Below, in pieces: positions 28,089 to 38,018 of a stretch of 64,000 nt of DNA. Every line of letters starts with the position of its first letter. Positions within the stretch are counted from its first letter, which is position 1. The DNA comes from a virus: IMG/VR virus record IMGVR_UViG_3300046009_011911, positions 15,238-79,237 of that record; one strand, given 5' to 3'. The notes under the pieces were generated by a model that was not told where the DNA came from, did no database searches, and saw only the letters and a program-made list of their open reading frames with translations. Both the position numbers and the translations under genes were made by a program.

Positions 28089-28965
28089 ATATTTAAAAAT
28101 TATTTACAGTAATCCGAATAATCACAAGGACACATTAGATGTTTATTTTAACCTAAATGACAATCCTGTAGTGGATTTATGGATTAAAAAACTACAAGAA
28201 GCTAAAAATCTATATAAAATTGATCACCCTGACAGGTTTTATGGATTCGGTGATTTACAAGAGCAAAAAGAAAAAGCCTACAGCAGTCTAATAGACTGCA
28301 TTAACATTATTAACTCCCACAACAAAATCATAACACGGGAAATAAAATTCCTACCAAATCAAGATGATTTGAACTACTTGCACAATATTTTTGAAGTTTA
28401 TCACGGACTATTAGATTGTCAAACTCATCCATTTTATCTGTCGGCTAATGTTCAAGTTAGAACAGCATTGGCTGACTTGAACATTATTGTTCATAGATTT
28501 GAATCTATTAGCAGAGGTGCTAAACCTAGACATGTAATAACTTATTTTGGACTGCCAAAAAACCAAACACTGTGCTTAGATCATTACAAGTGGTTTACAG
28601 ATTTCTTTAAATTTGGCACCATTTATCTAAATTATGTAGAAATAGGAAAAACTATAGAAGATCTAGCCTTAGACAATGATCAATATATTTCCGACACAGC
28701 TTTCAAACCTTTTAGACTGTACAGTGCAGATTTCTTTGTATGCTACTATGATTCACAAATCAATGAAGTTATGCACAAAAGAAAGTTAATTAAAGAATTT
28801 TATGATCGTAATCAAGATTTTTTCTCATCTTTCAATTACAACTTAGATCATCCTTATTTACGACCAGGAAGAATTCCGTTGGCCACAATTCAATCGCATG
28901 GAACAGAAATATTAGACTTACTTAAATCTAAACAACATGTTAAGGAAATAGAATTAATAGACTAA
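28042..28965 (+). CDS. Hypothetical protein
   Basis: Long ORF (LNYLHNIFE, YVEIGKT); function unknown. Confidence 0.6.
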   Translation: MDIDGGSNIRISKNPKYLKIIYSNPNNHKDTLDVYFNLNDNPVVDLWIKKLQEAKNLYKIDHPDRFYGFGDLQEQKEKAYSSLIDCINIINSHNKIITREIKFLPNQDDLNYLHNIFEVYHGLLDCQTHPFYLSANVQVRTALADLNIIVHRFESISRGAKPRHVITYFGLPKNQTLCLDHYKWFTDFFKFGTIYLNYVEIGKTIEDLALDNDQYISDTAFKPFRLYSADFFVCYYDSQINEVMHKRKLIKEFYDRNQDFFSSFNYNLDHPYLRPGRIPLATIQSHGTEILDLLKSKQHVKEIELID

Positions 28966-29074
28966 ATTTGTTTTAAATACTTGATATTTAAATCCATTTG
29001 TAATTTCTTTAAAAACCTTATACAATAAAATTTTGATAAAATTCAATTACTAAATTTGCCTATACTAATCTCGT

Positions 29075-30388
29075 ATGCCTAATCAAAAAATTTTTTGTAG
29101 TGTTCCTTGGACTAATACTCATATATATTGGGATGGGTCGTTTGGTGTTTGCTGTTCAGAGTCTGAAAAACCTTATGAATTAACTCAAAGCGAACAATAT
29201 AATTTAAAAAATATGACTGTTCAACAATGGTATAATGATAGACCCATGATAGAATTTAGGAAAAAAATACTGTCAGATGCTCCTCTAGTGAATTGTAATG
29301 CATGCTATTCAGAGGAGAATTTTAACTATGAAAGTAGACGTATTAGAGAAAACTTCAAAACAGTTATTTTTACTGAACACAATTTCTACAAGAGTTTTAG
29401 GCAAACACATTGGAATCAGAGATTCGAATCTGCACACACAGAATCTAAACAACACCCTCCCATAGATTGGCATATAGACTTAGGAAATGAATGCAATTTA
29501 TCCTGCAAGATGTGTGGCCCATGGGCAAGCAGTCAAATAGCATCCAAATATCGAACATGGGGAATACCTGTTGAAAAAAAACAAAACTGGACAGAAAATG
29601 TAGATAGCTATAAGAATTTTTTAAACAGCTTAAAATTTTGCAGACCCACTAGGTTGCATTTTATGGGCGGTGAACCTATGTTAAGCAAAAAGTTCAAATC
29701 CATAGTAGAATTTCTCATTGATGAGAACTTAAATGCAGAAACAAGTATAAGTTTTGTCAGTAATGGAACAATATTGGATTTGGAATTTGTTAACTTACTT
29801 TTAAATTTTAAATCTGTTGACATAGAAATAAGTTTAGAATCGGTGCATGATAATAATCATTACATTCGTCAAGGCAGTGATACTGACAGCGTTATTAAAA
29901 ATATATTATTATTAAAAACATTACAAAATTCCAAATTCCAACTAGTGCTCAGAAGCGTGCCTCAACTTTTAAACATCAATAATTACAACGACTATATTGA
30001 GTGGGCGTGGAACCATAAATTTTCAATTCAGGGTATTCCACTTACAAGACCGGAATATCTTTCTATAAATGTTTTACCTTTAGATTTGCGAAAAAGTTTT
30101 GTACACCGATACGAAAAAGTCAAAAATAAAATATTGGCAGAAGCAAATAGGAAAACTTCAGTGCTTGTTACAGGCAGGGATGCTAGTAGGCTAGATATCC
30201 AATTAGTCAAAGAATGTGAATCCATGATCTACTTCCTAAATCAACCAGATCATGTCAGACAACACCAGTTACAAAAAGAATTGGTTTTCTGGCTTAATAG
30301 ATGGGATGATGTTTACAATATTGATGCAAGAAAATTTTATCCTGAATATAGTAACTTTTTAGATGCAATTGGATATGGATCTTTATAA
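29075..30388 (+). CDS. Radical SAM protein with N-terminal twitch/SPASM-like Cys cluster
   Basis: CSVPW...CC...CNAC; CNLSCKMC; FMGGEP; SNGT. Confidence 0.85.
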   Translation: MPNQKIFCSVPWTNTHIYWDGSFGVCCSESEKPYELTQSEQYNLKNMTVQQWYNDRPMIEFRKKILSDAPLVNCNACYSEENFNYESRRIRENFKTVIFTEHNFYKSFRQTHWNQRFESAHTESKQHPPIDWHIDLGNECNLSCKMCGPWASSQIASKYRTWGIPVEKKQNWTENVDSYKNFLNSLKFCRPTRLHFMGGEPMLSKKFKSIVEFLIDENLNAETSISFVSNGTILDLEFVNLLLNFKSVDIEISLESVHDNNHYIRQGSDTDSVIKNILLLKTLQNSKFQLVLRSVPQLLNINNYNDYIEWAWNHKFSIQGIPLTRPEYLSINVLPLDLRKSFVHRYEKVKNKILAEANRKTSVLVTGRDASRLDIQLVKECESMIYFLNQPDHVRQHQLQKELVFWLNRWDDVYNIDARKFYPEYSNFLDAIGYGSL

Positions 30389-30812
30389 TACACAAATTGA
30401 AATTGGTTTAGCGCCGCATGGGTCTAAAATTCCCAAAGTTCAGTGTCTTTTAAACAATCAAAAAATTAGTACAATATCCTTATCTCATTGCACTAAGTTA
30501 TTCTTTGACCTATCACTAGAGAAAAAAAAACATAAATTGATTATTGATTTTTATAACAAATCAGAAAATGATGCAGATACTGCGGTAGAAATTAAGTATG
30601 TCCGCATAGAAAATTTCACATTAAACAGTTTTCTTTGGAATAATAGGTATTATCCTCGTTATCCAAAACATTTATTGCAGCAAAAAGACCTGCCCGAATT
30701 TTACCAAAGTTCAACTTACATGGGATGGAACGGTATTTGGGTATTTGAATTTGAAGTTCCTATTTTCACATGGGTGCACAAACTAGAAAACGTAGGATGG
30801 ATTTTTGACTAG
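30363..30812 (+). CDS. Hypothetical protein
   Basis: Coupled to the radical SAM gene; YMGWNG motif. Confidence 0.55.
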   Translation: MQLDMDLYNTQIEIGLAPHGSKIPKVQCLLNNQKISTISLSHCTKLFFDLSLEKKKHKLIIDFYNKSENDADTAVEIKYVRIENFTLNSFLWNNRYYPRYPKHLLQQKDLPEFYQSSTYMGWNGIWVFEFEVPIFTWVHKLENVGWIFD

Positions 30813-30861
30813 GTTGATAAACTGATATGTATCATTTTAAGTTAGAAATAAATACTAGACT

Positions 30862-32982
30862 ATGCGATATACTGAAATCAAATCACAAATAAAAGAAGAT
30901 GACTTACTAGAAATCCGTATGGATCCTACTAGTTTGGCTGCAGCAGTAAAGAATATTGATGCTAGAGTGGGCATGGAATTTGAAATGATTGTGCCCAATG
31001 TAGGCGAAGAGGGCTACTCCGACGATGTCGAGTATGAACCCAATTATGCAAATGATCCCGCTCCCAGAAATATCAGTGACATATTAGATTTTTTCTATGA
31101 TGGGGACTATAACGGCCGACGAGATATTAGTAATTTAGAAAGAGAACTACGCAATGATTTCAGCGAATGGGCCTCAGAAGCATTCAATTCCAGATGGGAA
31201 TCAGATAAAGAAACTTTTGTCTATGATTACATAAGAGACAACATGACCGGTGAAGATGTTGCCGAAATACTGGGATTAGATCCAGACAGCGTAGACGCAA
31301 TAACTAAAGCCCAAGCCGAACAAGCAGCAGATATAATCGTACAAGAGGGCGGTAGTCGATTAGATAACATTCGCGAACATGAAGAGCAAATGTTCATGGA
31401 GGACTCGGACTTAGAGGAGCAGTGGTTAGAAGACATAGGAATGTCTGTTATGAGCGATGTCTCAAACAGTTTCTCTATTGCTTGGCCTCATTATGAGGAA
31501 GTAACGCCCAGTGGTTCAGCATCAGGCGCTAGTGTAGATGAAGTCGCAAACGCATTCAGTGCAGCAATTGGACGACCAGTTAATGCCAGTGAAAGATATC
31601 ATGGTGCACGTAGAGAACCAGGAAAATATGTAGTAGAACCCGACGGCAGCTTAAGCGCAGATGATGACAGTGACATGGGATTAGAATTTGTAAGCCCTCC
31701 TTTGTCTGTGCCAGAAATGATTGAAGATTTAGAAAAAGTTAGACGATGGGCAAATAGTGTTGGTGCCTATACTAATAACTCCACTGGTTTACATATGAAC
31801 GTAAGCATTCCTGACTATACCGACGATAAATTAGATTACGTTAAATTAGCATTATTGTTGGGTGATAAGTATGTGTTAGATCAGTTTGGTAGATCCGCAA
31901 ACAATTATACTGCCAGTGCTTTGGGTAAAATACAAGACCGCGCTAAGAATCTGTCGCCCGATCAGATTCAAGGGTTGTTTGATCAAATGAGAGCAGGACT
32001 TAACACTTTGGCCAGTAGATCAATCCACGGCACAAGTGCCAGCAAATATACCAGTATTCATCCCAAAGGCAACTACATAGAGTTTCGTAGTCCAGGTGGT
32101 GATTGGTTATCTGAAGATCCTAAAACTTTGGTATCTACTATGATGAGATTTATTGTGGCATTAGATGCAGCAGTAGATCCCCAAAAATATCGCAAAGAAT
32201 ATCTAGGTAAATTACGTAAATTATTGGCTCCAAAATCAGAGGATGATCCTATTGGTTATTTTGTGAAATACAGTTCGGGCGAATTACCCAAACAGGCACT
32301 AAAGAGTTTTATCCGACAAGCACAACAACAAAGAAAAGTAAAAAAGGGTACCGCAGAGAAAATGTGGTGGCGTGTGGGTCTAAAGTCCAATCCTAATTAC
32401 TCTATCGAAGTTGTAGGTAGTACCAGAGACGAAGCTGTTGAAGCTGCTATGAGAGCCGATGGGGAACTGATGAGCTACGATTTTGAGAATGATTTTACCG
32501 CTGAGCCATTGAGACCTTTTGATCAACCCCGGCCACAAACACCTACACTGACTGCACCAGAAACCCAACCTGACGCCAATTGGGCCGTGGTTCGCCAACA
32601 CGATGGCAGACCTGTCGGTTACTTTACTAGAAATACCAGGGACGAAGCTGAACAAGAATTTGATCGTATAACTATGGGAGATGCGTGGACTTATGAACTA
32701 AGACCTGTACAGCCCAGAAACAGTTTTAGACCTCCAAGGTCTTCGAGTGTACTACAGGGCAGTACACAGGATCTTCAACAGCAACGATCCCAAGGTTATT
32801 TTACAGGATCTTGGAAAATTTTAGTAGATGGTGAAGAAGTACATAGATTTGGTGGTGTGGGTAATATACAAGCAGATGCAGTAAGAATTGCCACACGTTG
32901 GCTTTTAGATCAACAAAGAACAGGCAATCTAACTATTGGCGACTCATCTGAAATTGAAGTGTTGCCCATAATGGGCAATTAA
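30862..32982 (+). CDS. Amidoligase (COOH-NH2 ligase, Amidoligase_2-like) with acidic insertion and C-terminal extension
   Basis: VGMEFEM, VEPDGSL, GLEFVSPPL, TNNSTGLHMNVS, IEFRSPGG; late motif AATAAATA directly upstream. Confidence 0.8.
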   Translation: MRYTEIKSQIKEDDLLEIRMDPTSLAAAVKNIDARVGMEFEMIVPNVGEEGYSDDVEYEPNYANDPAPRNISDILDFFYDGDYNGRRDISNLERELRNDFSEWASEAFNSRWESDKETFVYDYIRDNMTGEDVAEILGLDPDSVDAITKAQAEQAADIIVQEGGSRLDNIREHEEQMFMEDSDLEEQWLEDIGMSVMSDVSNSFSIAWPHYEEVTPSGSASGASVDEVANAFSAAIGRPVNASERYHGARREPGKYVVEPDGSLSADDDSDMGLEFVSPPLSVPEMIEDLEKVRRWANSVGAYTNNSTGLHMNVSIPDYTDDKLDYVKLALLLGDKYVLDQFGRSANNYTASALGKIQDRAKNLSPDQIQGLFDQMRAGLNTLASRSIHGTSASKYTSIHPKGNYIEFRSPGGDWLSEDPKTLVSTMMRFIVALDAAVDPQKYRKEYLGKLRKLLAPKSEDDPIGYFVKYSSGELPKQALKSFIRQAQQQRKVKKGTAEKMWWRVGLKSNPNYSIEVVGSTRDEAVEAAMRADGELMSYDFENDFTAEPLRPFDQPRPQTPTLTAPETQPDANWAVVRQHDGRPVGYFTRNTRDEAEQEFDRITMGDAWTYELRPVQPRNSFRPPRSSSVLQGSTQDLQQQRSQGYFTGSWKILVDGEEVHRFGGVGNIQADAVRIATRWLLDQQRTGNLTIGDSSEIEVLPIMGN

Positions 32983-33065
32983 AGTTAATTTGGTTGACAA
33001 TTAATTCAATTTAATTTAATATAAAGGCTGTGTTTTTGTTTTTTAACCTTCGACAGCCTTTAATT

Positions 33066-34172
33066 ATGAGCAAAATCAGCAAAACCAAACAGAAAGAACA
33101 GCGGATCAAAAACTTTTTGGCTAACTATCCAATTCAATTTGAAATGGAAGATGCGGCTATTGATTTGCGCACAATGTCTCAAAATTACGAAAATGGTATC
33201 ATTCCTAGTAAAGATATTACTGAGGCAGTTAACGCCGTATTGGGTCCCCCACCTATGCCCCGGGCCAGTGTAGATCCCAGACAACTAGGTGTTCCTCTGT
33301 TTGCTTGGGCACCTATTGATGATGTTGGGATTGATCCCCGATTTCAACGTGATATTGCACCCAATCACTGCGCTAAGATCGAACCCGAATTCCGCGCTGA
33401 TATGATTATTGTTCCCTGTGCAGTTAAAGATCCAATTACAGGCAAGTATCTGCTTTGGGATGGTAACCACACTAGGCAAGTCTGTGAACGTATGGGGTGG
33501 AGCCATATTCCTGTTTGGTATACTGAAGCACAAATCGACGACGAACACAGCCTTGAAGAAGCAACTAAAATTTTGGTGCTTAAGGCTGGTCGAAGTTTCC
33601 TGACTATCAATAAGAAAAATAAACGTCCTGTAAGTAGATACGATGAGCATATGGTATCTGTAGAATGTGGTGAACCCGAAAGCATTGTGGTCCAAAATAT
33701 CTGCGATGCTAATCAAGTTCAGATTCGCCGTGCTAGTACCAAACCCGGAGACATCAGTCACATTGAACACCTTTACGGTGCTTACAATCTTGTGCAAGCG
33801 TCCAGTGGTGTCAAGGGAATTTACCTTGCCCGTGCGTTGAAGTTTTGCCGCACTACTTGGCCCAAAGAAGAAATTCGTGCGATTGTGATGTTGGGTATGG
33901 CACGTCTGTATCAACACACCGAAACTCAAACTGGTGCATTGCTGCCACAAGAGTTCGACGATGAATTGGGCGATATTCTTAAAAAGAAATATGGACCAGC
34001 AGAAGCAGTACACGATGAAACCACAGGATTCAAGGCTCAATACATCCAACATTTCGGATCTTTGGCAGGACACCCTGAAGTTGTAACCAGTGGACTGATT
34101 CTTACTTATAATAAACACAATAAAAAAGGTTATAAGTTGGCCCAACCTGAATCTACCTATCCTGTAAAATGA
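33066..34172 (+). CDS. ParB/Srx-like N-terminal domain protein
   Basis: IDPRFQRDI...YLLWDGNHT; start reassigned to MSKISK. Confidence 0.6.
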   Translation: MSKISKTKQKEQRIKNFLANYPIQFEMEDAAIDLRTMSQNYENGIIPSKDITEAVNAVLGPPPMPRASVDPRQLGVPLFAWAPIDDVGIDPRFQRDIAPNHCAKIEPEFRADMIIVPCAVKDPITGKYLLWDGNHTRQVCERMGWSHIPVWYTEAQIDDEHSLEEATKILVLKAGRSFLTINKKNKRPVSRYDEHMVSVECGEPESIVVQNICDANQVQIRRASTKPGDISHIEHLYGAYNLVQASSGVKGIYLARALKFCRTTWPKEEIRAIVMLGMARLYQHTETQTGALLPQEFDDELGDILKKKYGPAEAVHDETTGFKAQYIQHFGSLAGHPEVVTSGLILTYNKHNKKGYKLAQPESTYPVK

Positions 34173-34594
34173 TTAAAAGCTACGTGCTATACATGAAAAC
34201 ATGTCCAGGAGTGGAAACTCCCAGGCATTTTAAAATTGGTATAGCTGCCCTTAAAACAGTACGAAGTAGACTGGCCAGTTATCAAAATGCTGTAGGTCCA
34301 GTCTGGGAAGAAAAATTTATTAGAGTTTGGGTAGGTGCCGAAAATCATATTAGATTGGCAGAAAAGGCTTTTAAACGTCAGTTCAAATCTAATATTAGTA
34401 GTGCTGAAGCAGGCTTGAGCGAATGGATCTGTGATGTAGAGTTGGATTCACTATTGGCATATATAGTTGAATTACAAGAAGAACACTTTTTGAAATTTTT
34501 GTCGGTGCCCGATTGTTTTCAACCATTGACCATGGCATTATGTGAAGATTTGCAATCTTGGTTTGAATCACAGGGCAGTTTGTTGTTGGAGTAA
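34169..34594 (+). CDS. T5orf172/GIY-YIG-like protein
   Basis: HFKIGI...RSRLASYQNA...AEKAFK...SEW. Confidence 0.5.
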   Translation: MIKSYVLYMKTCPGVETPRHFKIGIAALKTVRSRLASYQNAVGPVWEEKFIRVWVGAENHIRLAEKAFKRQFKSNISSAEAGLSEWICDVELDSLLAYIVELQEEHFLKFLSVPDCFQPLTMALCEDLQSWFESQGSLLLE

Positions 34595-34596
34595 TT

Positions 34597-35223
34597 TTGT
34601 CTGAACAAATTATTAAAATAAGACCCATAGAAAATATTTTTTCGATTACATGGGCCATAGGCAAACGATGTAATTATGATTGCATGTATTGTCCTGAGCG
34701 TCTGCACAACAGTTATAGCAACAACAAATCATTCGAAGAATTACAAAGTTATTGGCTTAAGATTTTCGAAAATACACAGGAGCAAAATTTAAAGTACAAG
34801 ATTAGTTTTACTGGTGGGGAGATCACTGTTAATAAAAACTTCCTACCTTTTGTGATTTGGTTAAGACAAAACTATAGCGATAGAATAGATAAAATCCTTG
34901 TAACTACAAATGGCAGTGCCAGTCTTAACTATTACAAAAAGTTGTTTGAACAGGTCGATAATATTAGTTTCAGTGTGCACAGTGAACATATCGATGAGAA
35001 AAAGTTTTTTGATACCGTAGTCAAGTTAAAGAAAACGCTAAATCCAAAAAAGTTTGTTCATGTCAATATTATGAATGAATTTTGGAATCAAGAACGGATA
35101 CCGATTTACATTAAAATTTGTGAACAAAATAATATAAGCTATTCATTGTCGGAAATTGACTATAGTTTAAAAACTAGAGCAGTTCCAATTTTAAAAGGTC
35201 GTCACAATTATGACGTTCATTGA
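34597..35223 (+). CDS. Radical SAM protein (core only)
   Basis: CNYDCMYC, FTGGE, TTNGS, SVHSE. Confidence 0.85.
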   Translation: MSEQIIKIRPIENIFSITWAIGKRCNYDCMYCPERLHNSYSNNKSFEELQSYWLKIFENTQEQNLKYKISFTGGEITVNKNFLPFVIWLRQNYSDRIDKILVTTNGSASLNYYKKLFEQVDNISFSVHSEHIDEKKFFDTVVKLKKTLNPKKFVHVNIMNEFWNQERIPIYIKICEQNNISYSLSEIDYSLKTRAVPILKGRHNYDVH

Positions 35224-35518
35224 GCATAAGTTCTATAATTGTGAAGTTACCACTACTAGTGGATCAGTATACAAAATTAATGCAGATTCGTTGCATACAG
35301 ACAAATTAGATTTTTGGCAAAACTGGTATTGTGATACTGGACATCATCGAATTTTTATTGATGTAGATGGGAATATATATGGCGGTACTTGTAAAAATGA
35401 TCATTTAGGTCATATAGACACTGATTGGCAAATACTAAGTAAATCAACAATATGTAAAAGAAATAGATGTGTTGGATGTACAGATGATCTTATGACTGCA
35501 AAATCAAAAACAAAATAA
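35210..35518 (+). CDS. Stand-alone SPASM-like Cys-rich domain
   Basis: CDTG...IDVDGNIYGGTC...LGHI...CKRNRCVGCTD. Confidence 0.65.
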   Translation: MTFIEHKFYNCEVTTTSGSVYKINADSLHTDKLDFWQNWYCDTGHHRIFIDVDGNIYGGTCKNDHLGHIDTDWQILSKSTICKRNRCVGCTDDLMTAKSKTK

Positions 35519-35532
35519 ACACGGTATTTGTT

Positions 35533-35685
35533 ATGTTACATAAAATTAAAAATTTTATATCTCGACCCTTAGTAACATGGTTGATTGTGGCAGTGCTTTC
35601 ATGTGTATCTGTATACCTAACAATTATTTTATACAATATAGGAAAAGTCATTTGGTGGTTGTATAATATCACTAAACCTGTTTAA
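35533..35685 (+). CDS. 50-aa membrane protein (not in ORF track)
   Basis: MLHKIKNF...one TM helix; fills the gap. Confidence 0.45.
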   Translation: MLHKIKNFISRPLVTWLIVAVLSCVSVYLTIILYNIGKVIWWLYNITKPV

Positions 35686-35689
35686 TTAT

Positions 35690-36085
35690 ATGAAAATTGG
35701 ACTATCATTTAGCCGCTGTGTACGTGATATCTTTGATGGCCGAGTAGACATTGGAGATGTTTTAGTGATCGTTGCCCGCACTAATTTCGATCCCAGAGAT
35801 GATGAACAATGGTCAGACATCTGGAATGGATATACAAACAGAACGTCTTTCACTGCACCCGAATGGGCCAGTTATGCAGAAAGCGATCAAGAGCGTTTTA
35901 GGCAGATTGCTTTGGATCTTTATGAAACCGGCAAACTGCATCAACCCAGACAGTTTGGTTGGCATCCTGCCAGATTGCCTTATTATTGGTTGGAGACTAT
36001 TGTTCCGCCCGATGAATCCACTGAAGCACTTAAAAATGCTTGGGAACAATATCAAATTCTTGCTCAGTTAACTAAACAATCGTAA
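35690..36085 (+). CDS. Conserved phage hypothetical protein
   Basis: MKIGLSFSRCVRDI...GKLHQPRQFG. Confidence 0.7.
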   Translation: MKIGLSFSRCVRDIFDGRVDIGDVLVIVARTNFDPRDDEQWSDIWNGYTNRTSFTAPEWASYAESDQERFRQIALDLYETGKLHQPRQFGWHPARLPYYWLETIVPPDESTEALKNAWEQYQILAQLTKQS

Positions 36086-36101
36086 GAATTGAATAGTTTG
36101 G

Positions 36102-36137
36102 TTGACAAATATTCCAATTAATTGTATTATATAAATA
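36102..36137 (+). promoter_or_regulatory. Dual early/late promoter
   Basis: TTGACA(36102)-17-TATTAT, plus TATAAATA(36130). Confidence 0.7.
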
Positions 36138-36156
36138 CTGTACAAGGGAATTTGAC

Positions 36157-36372
36157 ATGAAACTTACTGAAATCCGCAAACCCAGTGATCGTAAATTGTT
36201 TGAAGAATTTGACAAAGACAACAATACTGGGTTTGCAACTGAGGATCTTGTACAAATTTATAAACAGCATACCGAGGGACGTTGGCTTCCTCCGGTTTCT
36301 GCTGAACAACTGTTGGCCGAGGATGAAGCAGAATATCAGGCTTGGCTGGCTGCTGGGGGCAAAACTGAATAA
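36157..36372 (+). CDS. Small acidic protein, candidate antitoxin
   Basis: TAATG-coupled upstream of a YafQ-like gene; acidic C-terminus. Confidence 0.5.
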   Translation: MKLTEIRKPSDRKLFEEFDKDNNTGFATEDLVQIYKQHTEGRWLPPVSAEQLLAEDEAEYQAWLAAGGKTE

Positions 36373-36782
36373 TGCCCCAACAACCTGTCGCTAAAACCAC
36401 CCCGTCATCGGTTGATTTTTATCGAGCGGACGGTTGGTTCAATGCTACAAAAATCTCTAAGGTTTTTACTAATTCTGTAGCAAGAAATAGGTTTGGTGGC
36501 CAAAACGGATTTATGGAAATAAAAAGAAAGAATCCTAATACTCCATTTGGTGCAAGTGATAAACCATTCGTGCCCAACGGAAAATATGGCACTGCAGTAC
36601 CGGGACTGCGGCATGCCCACATCACGCATGATCTTAGTATAGTATATAAAGTAGAAGGGAACAATATCTACCTTTATGGATTTTATACTCATGATGATTT
36701 GGGCACAGGAAATCCTGCTAATAAACGTAAACAAGACTCCATGGCCGACAGATTCCGTAATGCTACATTTACAGAAGAATAA
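36372..36782 (+). CDS. RelE/YafQ-like mRNA interferase
   Basis: DKPF...LRHAHITHDLSIVYKVEGNNIYLYGFYTHDDL matches YafQ pattern DHxL...RECHIxPDxLLIY...GTHSEL. Confidence 0.65.
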   Translation: MPQQPVAKTTPSSVDFYRADGWFNATKISKVFTNSVARNRFGGQNGFMEIKRKNPNTPFGASDKPFVPNGKYGTAVPGLRHAHITHDLSIVYKVEGNNIYLYGFYTHDDLGTGNPANKRKQDSMADRFRNATFTEE

Positions 36783-36847
36783 CTTCGGTTGACAAATATT
36801 CCATTATTTCTTATAATATTGGTATAGTAAACAAAACGGAGTAGCAG

Positions 36848-37021
36848 ATGGAATACCTTAAACGAGCAGAACTCTACGCTGAAGCCCGCGGTGACCAAAA
36901 CTACTTCCGCGAAGTCTACACTATTCTGCGGGAGAGCCGCTCAGTGGAAGATAGCATTTGGGAGGCCCTGCGATACCTCTATGACGGCTATGTGGCAGAT
37001 ATGCTGCTGGACTTTCAATAA
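36848..37021 (+). CDS. 57-aa early protein (not in ORF track)
   Basis: MEYLKRAELY...LLDFQ*; between two promoter cassettes. Confidence 0.75.
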   Translation: MEYLKRAELYAEARGDQNYFREVYTILRESRSVEDSIWEALRYLYDGYVADMLLDFQ

Positions 37022-37088
37022 TAAAACGGTTGACAAATATTCCATTATTTCTTATAATATTGGTACAGTAAACAAAACGGAGCGGCAA

Positions 37089-37316
37089 ATGCTTGCAAAT
37101 ACCAAACAGGTTCGTAGTGTTTTTAATTCTTGCGGAATTATTCCTGTTGCAACGGATAAAAGCCGCGGAAATAAAGATAAATCTGTTCGTATTGTAGTTG
37201 GCTATGGAACTGAGGAACAATTGGAAACTGTACGTAATACTTTTCAAAGTTGGGGATACACCAATAAAGTCTATCGTACCAGTTTTTATATCCGTGTCAA
37301 AACCCATTTGGCCTAA
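37089..37316 (+). CDS. Early hypothetical protein
   Basis: MLANTKQVR; start after cassette SD. Confidence 0.7.
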   Translation: MLANTKQVRSVFNSCGIIPVATDKSRGNKDKSVRIVVGYGTEEQLETVRNTFQSWGYTNKVYRTSFYIRVKTHLA

Positions 37317-37327
37317 AGGATTTTGCA

Positions 37328-37600
37328 ATGCGTACTAAAGCAATTATCGAAGGTCTCAAAAACAGTCAAAAATTTCGCTTTATTCTTACTGCTCAAAGTG
37401 GTGAAGATGTAGGCATGGTTATTACCATCCAGCAAATGATGGACAATTTTGCTACTCGAGATGCCCGTATTGCAGTTTGGGAAGCTCTGCTCAAGTTGTC
37501 ATTGCAACGTCGTCTTGCTGCCGAAAAGGCTCAGCCTATGCCCACTGGGTTGGTGACCGATGCTCCCGGATTCCGTCAAGTGCAAGTGGATCTTCATTAA
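37328..37600 (+). CDS. Early hypothetical protein
   Basis: SD AAGGA. Confidence 0.7.
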   Translation: MRTKAIIEGLKNSQKFRFILTAQSGEDVGMVITIQQMMDNFATRDARIAVWEALLKLSLQRRLAAEKAQPMPTGLVTDAPGFRQVQVDLH

Positions 37601-37667
37601 AAATTTGGTTGACAAATATTCCAATATTTCTTATAATATTGGTATAGTAAACGATACGGAGCAGACG

Positions 37668-38018
37668 ATGGAACAGTTCAAGACCTGGGAAGAGATGAGC
37701 GAACTGGAGCAACTTGAGTGCACCTACTGTGAGATGCACAAGGATGTCTATGGTGTTAAGGCCCGTTGGTATCGTGCAGAGTCTGTTGAGCAGGCCCGCA
37801 AGGACTTGGAGTCCCTGGCACAGGCATTGGAGGCCGAGATGGCCCGTGAGAAGGCTGCACAAGAGGAAGCTGTAGCTGGCTTTATGAAGTTGGCTGATCA
37901 GTACGGCTTTGAGAACGCAAAGCGGTACCAACACGATGCCTACGGTACGCAAGGCGACGACGAGTACCTGTGCTATCACCTGGGCTTGCCCTACGGTTTC
38001 TTCCGCAAGGCAGCTTAA
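37668..38018 (+). CDS. Early hypothetical protein
   Basis: MEQFKTWEE...HKDVYGVKAR; GC-richer codons. Confidence 0.75.
   Translation: MEQFKTWEEMSELEQLECTYCEMHKDVYGVKARWYRAESVEQARKDLESLAQALEAEMAREKAAQEEAVAGFMKLADQYGFENAKRYQHDAYGTQGDDEYLCYHLGLPYGFFRKAA

Noticed and set aside
33285-34145. 286-aa minus-strand ORF, and similar antisense ORFs (3187, 22911, 37536, 50698)
   Set aside because: Antisense shadows of well-supported plus-strand genes; no RBS or motif
36372-36470. KilA-N-like string YRADGWFNATKISKVF at the start of the YafQ-like protein
   Set aside because: Too short for a KilA-N domain and occupies the expected first strand/helix of a RelE fold; probably coincidental
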